A stretch of DNA of 64,000 nt from an uncultured Hyphomicrobiales bacterium (GCA_964513465.1 CAZEMR010000001.1:377-64376); one strand, 5' to 3'; shown: positions 47,800 through 58,137, counted from the stretch's first letter. Notes: generated by a model from the sequence alone, not told the origin. Made by a program: numbers and translations.

Positions 47800-49047
47800 T
47801 TAGCCGCGTAGTTCGTTTAGCAGCATCGTGAGCGCCATCCCGACGGAGCGTTCGCGATTGACAGCGCGGTCGTTCCCGAAATTATATTTTTTTGCAAATG
47901 TCTTGCCTTCCCGCGAAAGGCCGATCCAGACCGTGCCCACGGGCTTTTCCTCAGTCCCTCCGCCCGGTCCGGCGATCCCCGTAATCCCGATGCCGAAATC
48001 AGTGAAGAATCGCTTGCGGATGCCTTCTGCCATTTCCATTGCCGTTTGTTCGCTGACAGCGCCATAATCTATCAGAGTATGCTCCTGCACCCCCATGATG
48101 TGCATTTTGGCCTCGTTGCTGTATGTTATTGCGCCGCCTGTGAAGTACCCACTGCTACCCGGGGTTTCGGTGATTGCCGCTCCGAGCATCCCGGCCGTAC
48201 AGGATTCCGCTACAGCGAGCGTTTTGTCCTGCTCGATGAGCAGCTTGCCGACCGCGTCGGTCAGATCGGTCCCACCTTTGGTATATATATATTTACCAGC
48301 TTTTTCGTATAAATATTTTTCGGCCCGGTCGAGCCGTTTGCCTGCGTTGTCTTTTGTGTCGTCCTTTACTCCGATTCTAATCTTAACTCCGCGGTAGGAG
48401 GGGAGGTATGCCAGCCTGACGTCGCCGGGGATTTCCGAAGGGTCGCCCACAAGATCGGCTATCTTCGATTCGGGGATTCCGGTAGTCTGTAATGTTCGAT
48501 AGAGCGAGACTTTATGATTGCCCTCAGTAATCAATTGATCCACATAAGGTATAGCGGAATTTTGCATAATGTATTTCATTTCGGCAGGAACGCCCGGGAG
48601 CGAAATCACGCGTTTCCCGCCGATGTCGAACAGCATACCCGGAGCAGTTCCGACATGATTCGCAAGCGGCTTGCATTTAGTGGGAAGCAATGCCTGGCGC
48701 TGAATGCGCTCGGTGAATTCAAATCCCCTTTTATCGAAAAATTCTTTTAAATAATTCAGAATTTCTTTATTCATTTCAAGCTTATCGTCGAAATATTCTG
48801 TCAGCACATCTTTTGTTATATCGTCCTCAGTAGGGCCGAGGCCTCCGGTCAGCACCACGAGGTCGGCTTCGGGTATGCGGCGGTCGAGCGCCTCGAAAAG
48901 CTCATCGCGCGAATCGGCAATCGCGGTATGGCGATATACTTCGGCGCCAAGGCCGGTGAACTGCCATGCAATCCAGGCGGCATTTGAGTCCACAGTCTGG
49001 CCTATCAATATTTCGTCGCCGATGGTAATCAGAGCTATTCTGAACAT
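47800..49047 (-). CDS. cinA: CinA-family competence/damage-inducible protein (MoCF-binding domain plus nicotinamide-nucleotide amidase domain)
   Basis: 415 aa; IGDEILIGQTVDSNAAWI, TGGLGPTEDD, C-terminal AVAESCTAGMLG...GITGIAGPGGG. Confidence 0.85.
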   Translation of the reverse strand: MFRIALITIGDEILIGQTVDSNAAWIAWQFTGLGAEVYRHTAIADSRDELFEALDRRIPEADLVVLTGGLGPTEDDITKDVLTEYFDDKLEMNKEILNYLKEFFDKRGFEFTERIQRQALLPTKCKPLANHVGTAPGMLFDIGGKRVISLPGVPAEMKYIMQNSAIPYVDQLITEGNHKVSLYRTLQTTGIPESKIADLVGDPSEIPGDVRLAYLPSYRGVKIRIGVKDDTKDNAGKRLDRAEKYLYEKAGKYIYTKGGTDLTDAVGKLLIEQDKTLAVAESCTAGMLGAAITETPGSSGYFTGGAITYSNEAKMHIMGVQEHTLIDYGAVSEQTAMEMAEGIRKRFFTDFGIGITGIAGPGGGTEEKPVGTVWIGLSREGKTFAKKYNFGNDRAVNRERSVGMALTMLLNELRG

Positions 49048-49070
49048 ATTTATATCCGGAAGGTTTTTAA

Positions 49071-49107
49071 ATAAAAAACAAAGGGCAGACCGCTGTGGCC
49101 TGCCCTT
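49071..49107 (-). terminator. rho-independent terminator of rpsA
   Basis: Minus strand: AAGGGCAGGCCACAGCGGTCTGCCCTT hairpin (8-bp GC-rich stem) followed by TGTTTTTTATTT. Confidence 0.8.
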
Positions 49108-49141
49108 ATGTAAACGCTTAATTGCGTGATTTATTCTTAGA

Positions 49142-51166
49142 TTATTCCGGTTTTTCTTCGCCGGATTCCTCTTCGGATTCGCCGCGCGGCTCGCCGGATT
49201 CGGGCGCTGCTTCGGGCTTCACTTCAGGGGTTTCCTCGGCGGGCGATTCAGTCACTGCGGGTGCTTCTTCAGCCGGAGCAGTGACCTCAGCCGGAGCTTC
49301 TGTTTCGGATTTTGCTGCTTCCGGACGAGCCTCGGTTTCTTTGGCTTCCGGTGCGGGCTGTTCGGTTTCCTGAGTGGATTCTCCGCCTGCGAGACGATCC
49401 GCGTTCGGCACCGGGTGAGCGGCGTTATATGCGTCGATGTCTGCCTGGTCTTTGCCGCGGAGGCTTTCGACCACGGAGAGCACAATTTTCTTGGAATCCT
49501 TATCGAATTCGACAACCTTCAGCGGCAGTACGTCGTCCACCTTGAAGTATTCGCTGATATTGCGAACCGGTGCGAACGAAAGCTGCGATACCGGCACGAA
49601 TCCATCGACTCCGTCGGGAAGTTCGACAATTACGCCTTTTTCGATGATGCGTTCAATGCGGGCTTCGGTTTCGGCGCCGACATTATATTTATCTTCGAAA
49701 TAATCCCACGGATTATCTTTGATCTGCTTATGGCCAAGCGCGATGCGGCGCTGTTCCGGATCGATCGAGAGAACGACGACTTCGAGCTCTTCGCCTTTTT
49801 TGACGAATTCACCGGGGTGGCGGATCTTCTTAGTCCACGAGAGATCGCTGATATGCACCAGGCCGTCAACGCCGGGCTCAAGCTCGACGAACACGCCGAA
49901 ATTGGTCAGGTTGCGAACGATGCCTGTGTGCTTGCTTTCCACCGGGTATTTCTTCATCAGATCTTCCCAGGGATCGGGCTCGAGCTGTTTCATGCCGAGC
50001 GCAAGTTTTTTCTCTTCTTTGTCGATATTGAGCACAACTGCATCGACTAGCTGTCCCATCGAGACGATCTGCGAGGGGTGCTTGACGTGCTGAGTCCAGC
50101 TCATTTCGCTTATATGGATAAGGCCTTCGATGCCTTTTTCGATTTCGATAAATGCGCCGTAGTCGGTCAGGCTGACAACTTTGCCGGTGACCTTGGTGCC
50201 TTTTTCGTATTTGTCGCCGATGGTATCCCACGGATGGGGCGTAAGCTGCTTCATACCAAGCGAAATGCGTTTTTTGTTCTCGTCGAAATCAAGCACGACG
50301 ACCTTGACGGTCTCGTCGAGTTTGACGATTTCGGAAGGATGGGTCACGCGGCCCCAACTGAGATCGGTGATATGCACCAGGCCGTCAACACCGCCGAGAT
50401 CGACGAATACGCCGAAGTCGGAGATAGCTTTGACTGTGCCCTCGAGCACGAGGCCTTTTTCGAGTTTGTTCATAATTTCGGCACGCTGCTCGGCGAGCTG
50501 CTCCTCGAGCAGGACTTTGTGGCTGACCACAACGTTTTCGCTCGGATGGTTGACCTTCACCACGCGGACGTCGATAGTGCGGCCGACCCATGCGTCAAAA
50601 TCGCGAACCGGACGGACGTCGATCTGCGAGCCGGGCAAAAATGCCTCGATGCCCATCAGGTCCACTACCATACCGCCTTTGATGCGGCGTAATATTTTAA
50701 CCTGGACAATTTCCTGAGTTTCGTAAAGCTTGAGGATGTCTTCCCAGATTCTCATGAAGTCCGCTCTACGGCGGGAAAGAATGAGGCGGCCGTTGACGTC
50801 TTCGATTTTTTCGATGAATACGTCCACTTTGTCGCCCACTTTATAAGTTTCGGCATTGAGAAGCTCTGCGCGGGGAACCACGCCAAGCGATTTGAATCCG
50901 ATATCGACAAGGACTTCGTCTTTTGTGAGTTCGACGATTTTGCCCTCGACTAATTCGTCTTCTTTGATGCTTTTGATAGTTTTTTCGGAAAGCTCGGCAA
51001 ACTGGTCTGCCTGCATTTCGAGCTCATTGAAGCCGAATTCCATAAGTTCGGCAACGGATTGCCGTTTTTTTTCGGCTACATAGCGCTCTTTGGGCTCAAT
51101 GCCTTCCATTGGATTGTTTTGATTTGTTTCTGCGGTTTCTGGAGTGTTACCGGAATTGTTAGACAT
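49142..51166 (-). CDS. rpsA: 30S ribosomal protein S1 with a long acidic C-terminal tail
   Basis: 674 aa from ATG 51166 (GGAGG 6 nt upstream); six S1 repeats (e.g. [53 protein letters not shown]); last roughly 75 aa are E/P/A/T-rich. Confidence 0.9.
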   Translation of the reverse strand: MSNNSGNTPETAETNQNNPMEGIEPKERYVAEKKRQSVAELMEFGFNELEMQADQFAELSEKTIKSIKEDELVEGKIVELTKDEVLVDIGFKSLGVVPRAELLNAETYKVGDKVDVFIEKIEDVNGRLILSRRRADFMRIWEDILKLYETQEIVQVKILRRIKGGMVVDLMGIEAFLPGSQIDVRPVRDFDAWVGRTIDVRVVKVNHPSENVVVSHKVLLEEQLAEQRAEIMNKLEKGLVLEGTVKAISDFGVFVDLGGVDGLVHITDLSWGRVTHPSEIVKLDETVKVVVLDFDENKKRISLGMKQLTPHPWDTIGDKYEKGTKVTGKVVSLTDYGAFIEIEKGIEGLIHISEMSWTQHVKHPSQIVSMGQLVDAVVLNIDKEEKKLALGMKQLEPDPWEDLMKKYPVESKHTGIVRNLTNFGVFVELEPGVDGLVHISDLSWTKKIRHPGEFVKKGEELEVVVLSIDPEQRRIALGHKQIKDNPWDYFEDKYNVGAETEARIERIIEKGVIVELPDGVDGFVPVSQLSFAPVRNISEYFKVDDVLPLKVVEFDKDSKKIVLSVVESLRGKDQADIDAYNAAHPVPNADRLAGGESTQETEQPAPEAKETEARPEAAKSETEAPAEVTAPAEEAPAVTESPAEETPEVKPEAAPESGEPRGESEEESGEEKPE

Positions 51167-51333
51167 TAACATCCTCCATTAAAAAAAATTTGTTTGTTAT
51201 GAGAAAAACAGTGAATTACATTTATATAAATATATACTCCGCATTTTGCAGAGATTCGCAATATAACTTATTTTATATTAATGTCAAAATTATTTTAGAA
51301 GATTTGTTTATGCTTTGAAAATTATTTTGTATA

Positions 51334-52860
51334 TTAATTGTTCTTCTCTCTAAGCTTACCTCTGGCGGTTGTCCCAAGCGCTTGTGTTTCATTGATTTCC
51401 TGATTCCCGCAGCTTATTATATCTTTGTCGAGTATCGTTATATCTGCGTCCATATTTTTTTCGATACTCCCTCGCCGCGAAGAATTTCCCGCAGCCGCAT
51501 GCGCCCAATATGTATATGCCAGCAACGCCTCGCGCCGGGATAAGCGTTCTTCGGGGTACCATGCCTCGTTGCTGCCCGCGGGGGCTCTGCGTACGAATGC
51601 ATCAATCCCGGTCAGCGGGTTATGCGGCTCTATCGGGAAGTCCGAGCCGCCGGCCGGGTTAACGCCTGCATTTATAAAGCTTTTCCACGGGTATGCATAA
51701 TCGCAGCGATTGCCGAGTCGGCGCCGTGTCATCGTGGCGGCATCCGTGATGCAGTGCATCGGGTGAACCGAGGGAATGACGCCGATTTCCGCAAAGAGGG
51801 GAAGGTCATCGGGATGTACATGCTGGGCATGCTCGATTCTCAGGATATTTTTTGAATTAAAACCGATCTGACGGCGAATTTTATGGTAAACATCCAGAAC
51901 CATCCGGTTGGCCGCATCGCCGATTGCGTGGACTGCGATATCGAATCCCATTTCGACGCCCTTCAGCGCCTTAGTGTATAGCACATCAGGATTTATGAGC
52001 AGTAGTCCGCTGCTTCCGGGCGCGTCCGAGTAAGGCTCTATCATTGCAGCTCCACGCGATCCGAGGGCGCCGTCGGCGTAGAATTTCAGGCCCCGCACGC
52101 TTAGCATTTCGCCATCGAATGGCTCGACCCTTGCGATTCGCCATTCGTCCTCCTGAGCTTTGATATAGCATTGCAGCCGGATTGGCAATTCACCCCGCTC
52201 ATCCAATCTCTTTAGTAATTCGAGCCTCTCCGGACTGACGTCCATTGCGTGCACTTCGGTGAGTCCTGCATCGGCGCAAGCATCAAGCCCCGCGCGATAG
52301 AATTCCTCGATCTGAGCTTCCGCATAATCAGGAATCAGCCGTCGGACCAAATCCATTGCCGTATCGAGCAGGATTCCCGTGGGCCTGCCGTTTTTGTCGC
52401 GGAGGATTTCGCCGCCGGGGGGAGAATTGGTTTCGGACGAAATCCCTGCCAGCCGCAGCGCAGCCGAATTGACCCAGGCCGCATGGCCGTCGATCCGCAC
52501 AAAAAACGCTGGCGAATCGCCAAATTTCTTATCAAGTATATATTTATCCGGGAATGAATTGTCGTGCCACAGCTCCTGATTCCAGCCGCGTGCATAAATC
52601 CAGTCGCCGCGGGTTATGCCGCTGTCCGATACGATTCCGACGCTTAATTCTGCACTCCGGGCTTGGGAGAGATCGGGTTCTGTCAGACGTGCTCCGAGCG
52701 CTCCGATATGGCCATGAGTATCGACAATGCCGGGATATGCCCATGCGTTTTCGAATCGGCGGTCGAGACCTTCGGAAATTATTCTGACATAGCCGGCGCC
52801 TGGACTCAGGTCGGAGATAATTCCATCCTTTATATAAATATCGCCCTGAAATGAAATCAT
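51334..52860 (-). CDS. amidohydrolase-family metal-dependent hydrolase (YtcJ-like)
   Basis: 508 aa from ATG 52860 (AGGA 5 nt upstream); PGIVDTHGH metal motif, FYADGALGSRGA, AVHAIGD, GSDFPIE. Confidence 0.75.
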   Translation of the reverse strand: MISFQGDIYIKDGIISDLSPGAGYVRIISEGLDRRFENAWAYPGIVDTHGHIGALGARLTEPDLSQARSAELSVGIVSDSGITRGDWIYARGWNQELWHDNSFPDKYILDKKFGDSPAFFVRIDGHAAWVNSAALRLAGISSETNSPPGGEILRDKNGRPTGILLDTAMDLVRRLIPDYAEAQIEEFYRAGLDACADAGLTEVHAMDVSPERLELLKRLDERGELPIRLQCYIKAQEDEWRIARVEPFDGEMLSVRGLKFYADGALGSRGAAMIEPYSDAPGSSGLLLINPDVLYTKALKGVEMGFDIAVHAIGDAANRMVLDVYHKIRRQIGFNSKNILRIEHAQHVHPDDLPLFAEIGVIPSVHPMHCITDAATMTRRRLGNRCDYAYPWKSFINAGVNPAGGSDFPIEPHNPLTGIDAFVRRAPAGSNEAWYPEERLSRREALLAYTYWAHAAAGNSSRRGSIEKNMDADITILDKDIISCGNQEINETQALGTTARGKLREKNN

Positions 52861-52945
52861 ATAAATCCTATGGAAAATAAAAAATGCCGGCACGATGGCC
52901 GGCAAATTGTCTGCCCTATAATCGGGCATATATTAAACCATGTGA

Positions 52946-53164
<219 letters not shown>

Positions 53165-53284
53165 TTAAAAACAATATGCTTTATAAAAGCGTGCATAAGA
53201 AAGTACAAATTTAGCAAAATATGTGCGAGATTTGCAAATCTTTTTACGCCCTTGAGAACGAAAAAATCATGCATTTATTGAGAT

Positions 53285-54235
53285 TTATTTGTCCGGTTTA
53301 ACTGCTTCTTTCCAGATTTCGAAGTATTTGATCAATGACATGATTTTCTGGCGGAAATTCTGCCGCCGATCGCTTCCCACAAATACGTATGCAAGTCGAA
53401 GCAGCCACGCCAGTATCAGATAATAATACTTGTCGAATGTGATGTAAAACCATGCAGATGCGGGACTTAGCCATTTATCGCAAAAATGAATCTGTGACTG
53501 TATCTGCATTCGGATATTCTTTTCATGCGGTATCGATGCTCCGGTGCTTGCGCCGCGGTGGTGGGTGACTTTGGATTTCGGAATAAAAGAATTTTTATGT
53601 CCCGATTCGATCATTTTCCGACAAAAATCAGTTTCCTCCGAATAAAAGAAATACGATTCGTCGAATCCTCCGGCTTCGAGAAAATCGCTGTGACGAACCG
53701 CGATTACCGCGCCATCGGTATAATCCACCCGGCGGGGATGTTTGAATATGTTAAATCTATTCGTTAGTTTATGAAATTTGCGCTCAATCGCGGATATGAA
53801 CAAAATATCCTTTACCGCAAGTATGGCTCCGGGAAAGCGGTTGAAGCTATATTGCCAGCTCCCGTCGGGGTAGTACTGCTGCGGTCCGGCTGTGCCCGCG
53901 AATGGGTGAGATTCGAGATACTCCACCAGCAAATCGATTGCATTTCGGTGGAAAACCACGTCCGAATTTGAGAGTATCAGATATTCGGCATCGGACGCCT
54001 CAGCGCCGCGATTGATTGCCGCTGCGTATCCGAGATTTTTTTTGTTGATAACTATTTCTACATCGGGGAATTCCGTGTGGATGGCCTCGATAGTGTCGTC
54101 GGAGGAGGCGTTATCGACAACGATTATTCCGGTGGTAAAGTCATTTGTGGTCAGCTTGACGGAGCGAATGCACTCGAGTGTGTAATCTCGTGTGTTATAA
54201 GAAATTATGATAACATCGATCTTTCGCTTCGCCAC
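53285..54235 (-). CDS. family 2 glycosyltransferase
   Basis: 316 aa; VIIISYNT, VVDNASSDDT, ILSNSDV (DxD-like), FFYSEETDFCRK. Confidence 0.8.
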   Translation of the reverse strand: MAKRKIDVIIISYNTRDYTLECIRSVKLTTNDFTTGIIVVDNASSDDTIEAIHTEFPDVEIVINKKNLGYAAAINRGAEASDAEYLILSNSDVVFHRNAIDLLVEYLESHPFAGTAGPQQYYPDGSWQYSFNRFPGAILAVKDILFISAIERKFHKLTNRFNIFKHPRRVDYTDGAVIAVRHSDFLEAGGFDESYFFYSEETDFCRKMIESGHKNSFIPKSKVTHHRGASTGASIPHEKNIRMQIQSQIHFCDKWLSPASAWFYITFDKYYYLILAWLLRLAYVFVGSDRRQNFRQKIMSLIKYFEIWKEAVKPDK

Positions 54236-54319
54236 TTGAGATATTTGTCTGTGTGTATTATAAAGAATTGCAAAATATCGAATTTTCGGAATTTCTGAAA
54301 ATCAATTCGATAATTCTAT

Positions 54320-54357
54320 ATAATAAATAGCCGCTCCCGGTGAATTCCGAAAGCGGC
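54320..54357 (-). terminator. probable terminator of the hcp operon
   Basis: Stem GCCGCT / AGCGGC with an inner CGG/CCG pairing (54330-54357), followed on the minus strand by TATTTATTA; 22 nt after the hcp stop. Confidence 0.55.
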
Positions 54358-54379
54358 CATGATTTTGGCGAATATATAT

Positions 54380-56035
54380 TTATGCGCTCATCATCAGCTT
54401 GACGTCGTCTTCCACTTCGCCGATGCCGGAGATTCCGAACTGCTCGATGAGAACCTTTGCCACATTAGGCGAAAGGAATGCAGGCAGAGTCGGCCCGAGC
54501 TTGATATTCTTTACTCCAAGGTAGAGCAGGGCCAGAAGCACGATGACTGCTTTTTGTTCGTACCAAGCAACGTTATATTCGATTGGCAAATCGTTGACGT
54601 CGCCCTTGTTGAATACTTCCATCAGCTTCAGCGCGGTGACAGCAAGCGAATATGAGTCATTGCACTGGCCTGCGTCAATTACTCGCGGGATGCCGCCGAT
54701 ATCGCCGAGCGGCAGCTTGTTGTAGCGATATTTTGCGCAGCCTGCGGTGAGTATGACGGCGTCCTTGGGCAATTTTTCTGCGAATTCGGTGTAATATTCG
54801 CGCGAGTTCATACGCCCGTCGCATCCGGCCATCACGAAGAATTTTTTGATTGCGCCGGTATTCACGGCATCCACGATCTTATCGGCAAGCTGCTCGATCT
54901 GGTGATGAGCAAATCCGCCGACGATTTCGCCGGTTTCGATTTCTTCGGGCGACAGACATTTCTTCGCGTGCTCGATTATTACGGAGAAGTCCTTAGGATT
55001 GCCGTTCTCACGGCCGGGAATATGCTTAAATCCGCTGAATCCGACCGGCCCGGTGGTATAAACGCGGTCGCCGTAGGTGGATTTCTTCTTCGGCGGCACA
55101 AGGCAGTTGGTGGTGAAGAGTATCGGGCCGTTGAATGTTTCGAATTCCTCTACCTGGCGCCACCATGAATTGCCATAATTACCCACGAAATGGTCATATT
55201 TTTTGAATGCGGGATAATAATGCGCCGGCAGCATTTCGCTGTGGGTATATACATCCACGCCGGTGCCTTCGGTCTGTTTGAGCAGCTCTTCCATATCCTT
55301 CATGTCATGGCCGCTAATGAGGATAGCCGGGCGGTTGCGCACGCCGAGATTTACTTTTGTGATCTCCGGATGGCCGTATGTTTCGTTGTGCGCCTTGTCG
55401 AGCAGAGCCATTGTTTCGACGCCGAATTTTCCGGTTTCGAGCACAAGGGCGGTCAGTTCGTCAGCGCCGAGCGAATCGTCAAGCGTGGCGGCAAGGCCTT
55501 TTTCGACGAATTCGAATACTGCATCGCTTGTATAGCCAAGATTGAATGCATGCTCGCCATAGGCGGCAATGCCTTTAATTCCGTAAGTAACTAATTCGCG
55601 GAGCGAGCGTATGTCTTCGTTTTCTGTATTGAGCACTCCGACCTCTTCGGCTTTCTCGCGCATCTGATCTTTGGTGTTTGCCGTCCAGACAGTGCATTCC
55701 GGGAGATTATCCTGGGAGAATGTTTTGCCCTTATCCTCAATTGCGCTTTTCAGCTCGTCTCTTTCTTTGATAATCTCTTCAACTCTTATATAATGATCTT
55801 TCGGGTCGAAATTCACGTTGGTAACGGTCAGGAAGAGATTGTCTAAAATTAACTTGTCCCAATGTTTAGTCTCTATTCCTGCTTTCCTTGCTTTTTGGGC
55901 ATACCATGCCACGCCTTTGCATAAATATACTATAAGATCCTGCAGATCTGCTACCTCGTCGGTTTTGCCGCAATATCCTGCTTTTGCCTTGCAGGCGACT
56001 CCGTTGGTCGCTTCCTGGCACTGAAAACAATACAT
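54380..56035 (-). CDS. hcp: hydroxylamine reductase / hybrid-cluster protein
   Basis: 551 aa; N-terminal [22 protein letters not shown] cluster motif, [26 protein letters not shown]; AAGGAG 5 nt upstream. Confidence 0.92.
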   Translation of the reverse strand: MYCFQCQEATNGVACKAKAGYCGKTDEVADLQDLIVYLCKGVAWYAQKARKAGIETKHWDKLILDNLFLTVTNVNFDPKDHYIRVEEIIKERDELKSAIEDKGKTFSQDNLPECTVWTANTKDQMREKAEEVGVLNTENEDIRSLRELVTYGIKGIAAYGEHAFNLGYTSDAVFEFVEKGLAATLDDSLGADELTALVLETGKFGVETMALLDKAHNETYGHPEITKVNLGVRNRPAILISGHDMKDMEELLKQTEGTGVDVYTHSEMLPAHYYPAFKKYDHFVGNYGNSWWRQVEEFETFNGPILFTTNCLVPPKKKSTYGDRVYTTGPVGFSGFKHIPGRENGNPKDFSVIIEHAKKCLSPEEIETGEIVGGFAHHQIEQLADKIVDAVNTGAIKKFFVMAGCDGRMNSREYYTEFAEKLPKDAVILTAGCAKYRYNKLPLGDIGGIPRVIDAGQCNDSYSLAVTALKLMEVFNKGDVNDLPIEYNVAWYEQKAVIVLLALLYLGVKNIKLGPTLPAFLSPNVAKVLIEQFGISGIGEVEDDVKLMMSA

Positions 56036-56088
56036 ATGTACTCCTTGATTAATTAATTATTAATATAAAAATAATATAAAAAAATGAT

Positions 56089-56424
56089 TTATGCCTTAAT
56101 CATAGTCAGCAGCATTTTGAATTTCTCATTTGCAATCACCGCATGTGGGTCATTCGCCGGCATGAGTATGATTTCGCCTGCTGTGACGTCATGTTTCTCG
56201 CCATTAATTGTGATTTCTGCCGTTCCGTCGAGTATCTGTACCAATGCGTCGAATGGGGCAGTGTGCTCCGAGAGCGACTGGCCTTTGTCGAATGCGAACA
56301 GGGTGATTGTGCCCTTGTTTTTGTTGACCAGCGTGCGGCTTATGATAGACGAATCCTGGTAATCTGCCAGCCCTGCGAGGTCGGCGGTTTTTGCAATAAT
56401 CATCTTATCTGTTTCTTTTGCCAT
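56089..56424 (-). CDS. cupin-domain protein
   Basis: 111 aa; single cupin barrel pattern GQSLSEHTAPFDALVQILDGTAEITINGEKHDVTAGEIILMPANDPHAV. Confidence 0.7.
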   Translation of the reverse strand: MAKETDKMIIAKTADLAGLADYQDSSIISRTLVNKNKGTITLFAFDKGQSLSEHTAPFDALVQILDGTAEITINGEKHDVTAGEIILMPANDPHAVIANEKFKMLLTMIKA

Positions 56425-56434
56425 AATTTCCTCC

Positions 56435-57310
56435 TTATTGGATTACGGTTTCTTTTTCGGGTGAATACAAAATATTTTTGCTTTTAAGAGAGCCATCGAC
56501 TGCCATGACGTGTTCTTCGATTTCGACATCGGCGCCGCTCATTTTGGCAGCATTAAGCGCGAATTGAGTTAGTCCGCCGCAGCATGGTACTTCCATGCGG
56601 ACGACTATTGCTTTCGGAGTTCGGGAATTTGCAAAGATCGATGCGAGTTTTTCGGTGTACGGATCGGTGTAGTCCAGCTTGGGACAGGCTACAACTACAG
56701 CGCGTCCGGCGAGGTAATCCTCATGGACATTTGCCGAGGCCAAAGGCCCGCAGGTGGACATAATTACGAGTTCCTGATCCTTGAAATACGGCGCATTCGG
56801 CGACACCAAATGCAACTGCACAGGCCACTGGCCGAGTTGTGATGGATATTGCGTACCGGATTTGTCCGGATTTGCTTTCTTTTTAGCTGACGAAAGGCTC
56901 ATCATTTTCGTGCCCGGACAAGATCCTCCGCTTTTGGCGTGGCTATTGCCCATCTGCAACACGGGATTGGGGATACCCTTTTCCTTTAGGTATTCGATCG
57001 CTTCGTCGTAATATTCCGTTGCGCCGTGATCAATCAGATGCTCCAGATGCGCCTTCATTACGCTGCGCGGCTGATTGAGCAGCGTATCCATCACTTTGCG
57101 CTCGTCGTAAGGCTCAGTGTCGCGCTCTTCAATTGTGATGGCATCCTCGGGGCAGTGGCCTATGCAAGCGCCCAGGCCATCGCAGAATAGGTCGCTTATG
57201 AGGCGTGCCTTGCCATCGATAATCTGCAGCGCGCCTTCTTTGCATTCGGGAATGCATAGTCCGCAGCCGTTGCATTTTTCTTCGTCGATATTGATAATTT
57301 TTCTTTTCAT
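56435..57310 (-). CDS. 4Fe-4S ferredoxin-domain protein with a Cys-rich C-terminal domain (first gene of the hcp operon)
   Basis: 291 aa; CNGCGLCIPEC plus CDGLGACIGHCP near the N-terminus; C-terminal VVACPKLD...MEVPCCGGL; GGAG 7 nt upstream. Confidence 0.7.
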   Translation of the reverse strand: MKRKIINIDEEKCNGCGLCIPECKEGALQIIDGKARLISDLFCDGLGACIGHCPEDAITIEERDTEPYDERKVMDTLLNQPRSVMKAHLEHLIDHGATEYYDEAIEYLKEKGIPNPVLQMGNSHAKSGGSCPGTKMMSLSSAKKKANPDKSGTQYPSQLGQWPVQLHLVSPNAPYFKDQELVIMSTCGPLASANVHEDYLAGRAVVVACPKLDYTDPYTEKLASIFANSRTPKAIVVRMEVPCCGGLTQFALNAAKMSGADVEIEEHVMAVDGSLKSKNILYSPEKETVIQ

Positions 57311-57332
57311 TTCTGTACTCCATTTCTTAAAT

Positions 57333-57348
57333 CAGACTAATATGTCTG
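57333..57348. promoter_or_regulatory. inverted repeat CAGAC-N6-GTCTG, candidate operator 1
   Basis: CAGACTAATATGTCTG; lies just downstream of the predicted -10 of the hcp-operon promoter. Confidence 0.45.
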
Positions 57349-57353
57349 TTTCT

Positions 57354-57382
57354 AATATAAGACAAAGAAGTCTGAATTGCAA
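57354..57382 (-). promoter_or_regulatory. candidate sigma70-type promoter of the 4Fe-4S-cupin-hcp operon
   Basis: Minus strand reads TTGCAA, then a 17-nt spacer (TTCAGACTTCTTTGTCT), then TATATT; start codon about 44 nt downstream. Confidence 0.5.
57360..57373. promoter_or_regulatory. inverted repeat AGAC-N6-GTCT, candidate operator 2
   Basis: AGACAAAGAAGTCT; sits inside the 17-nt spacer of the predicted hcp promoter and directly upstream of the -35 proposed for rrf2. Confidence 0.45.
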
Positions 57383-57406
57383 ATTTATTTTGAATATTTT
57401 TAAAAT
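57377..57406 (+). promoter_or_regulatory. candidate promoter of the Rrf2 regulator gene
   Basis: TTGCAA (57377-57382, the same palindromic hexamer as the hcp -35), 18-nt spacer, then TAAAAT (57401-57406); ATG at 57452. Confidence 0.4.
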
Positions 57407-57451
57407 TTTTTTTATAGTTTAGTATATAGGAAAGACATACATCGGAAAATC

Positions 57452-57886
57452 ATGACTGTAATTTTTTCAAAAAAATGCGAATTAGGTCTGCAGGCGGTGC
57501 TATATCTCTCGACCCTGAAGCAGGGAGATGCGGCCAACGCGCTGATGATCAGCCACCAGCTCGACGTGCCCAAGGAATTCGTATCCAAAGTACTTCAGAC
57601 CCTGACCAAAAGTGGTATAGTGGGCTCTCGCAAAGGCAAATCAGGCGGATTCTATCTGGAACGTCATCCGGGTCAGATTCGCCTAATCGACATAGTGCTT
57701 GCAATCGACGGGCTTGAGGTATTCCACAAATGCGTGCTCGGGTTCAGGGGATGCTCGCTCGAGGAGCCATGCCCCGTGCACGGCAAATGGGGTAAACTCC
57801 GTGAGGAAACATATCGGATGCTCAGCGAAGAGACGCTCGAGGAATTGCGCGACAAAACGCAGCATAAGATCGAAAGCCTTAAGTAA
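57452..57886 (+). CDS. Rrf2-family transcriptional regulator with a Cys triad (NsrR/IscR-like Fe-S sensor)
   Basis: 144 aa; winged-helix ISHQLDVPKEFVSKVLQTLTKSGIVGSRKGKSGGFYL; cluster ligand candidates CVLGFRGCSLEEPC (C-x7-C-x5-C). Confidence 0.85.
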   Translation: MTVIFSKKCELGLQAVLYLSTLKQGDAANALMISHQLDVPKEFVSKVLQTLTKSGIVGSRKGKSGGFYLERHPGQIRLIDIVLAIDGLEVFHKCVLGFRGCSLEEPCPVHGKWGKLREETYRMLSEETLEELRDKTQHKIESLK

Positions 57887-58043
57887 TTAATTTAAAAAAT
57901 TAATGTTTAAGATATTTTATGCTCAAATTGATATTTAGCACTCCCAAAACTATTGTCAAAATTTAATTAAAAAAAATTTGATAATCGGATAAAATTATCT
58001 TATCTTAATTCTAAGTTAAATAACCCTGATTTCATGGCAAAAT

Positions 58044-58072
58044 TTGCATATTTCAATAAAATATTATATATA
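58044..58072 (+). promoter_or_regulatory. possible promoter of nrfHA
   Basis: TTGCAT, 17-nt spacer, then TATATA, about 65 nt upstream of the nrfH ATG. The region is AT-rich, so pattern-match specificity is low. Confidence 0.3.
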
Positions 58073-58137
58073 TAATTGCCATACATTATTTTTCTGACCC
58101 ACGAAATTCTTCTTTTTCAATAATATATTTTGAAAAT

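Noticed and set aside
53228-53241. A perfect 14-bp palindrome AGATTTGCAAATCT upstream of the ferredoxin gene.
   Set aside because: It contains the TTGCAA hexamer that recurs as a likely -35 element in several spacers. No convincing -10 sits at the right distance and no second copy exists. It is too short and AT-rich to call as an operator or terminator.
57953-57984. An AT-rich imperfect inverted repeat TTGTCAAAATTT-N-AAAATTTGATAA upstream of nrfH, considered as an FNR/CRP-type site (TTGAT-N4-ATCAA).
   Set aside because: The spacing and half-sites do not fit the FNR/CRP consensus. The whole spacer is so AT-rich that such pseudo-palindromes are expected by chance.
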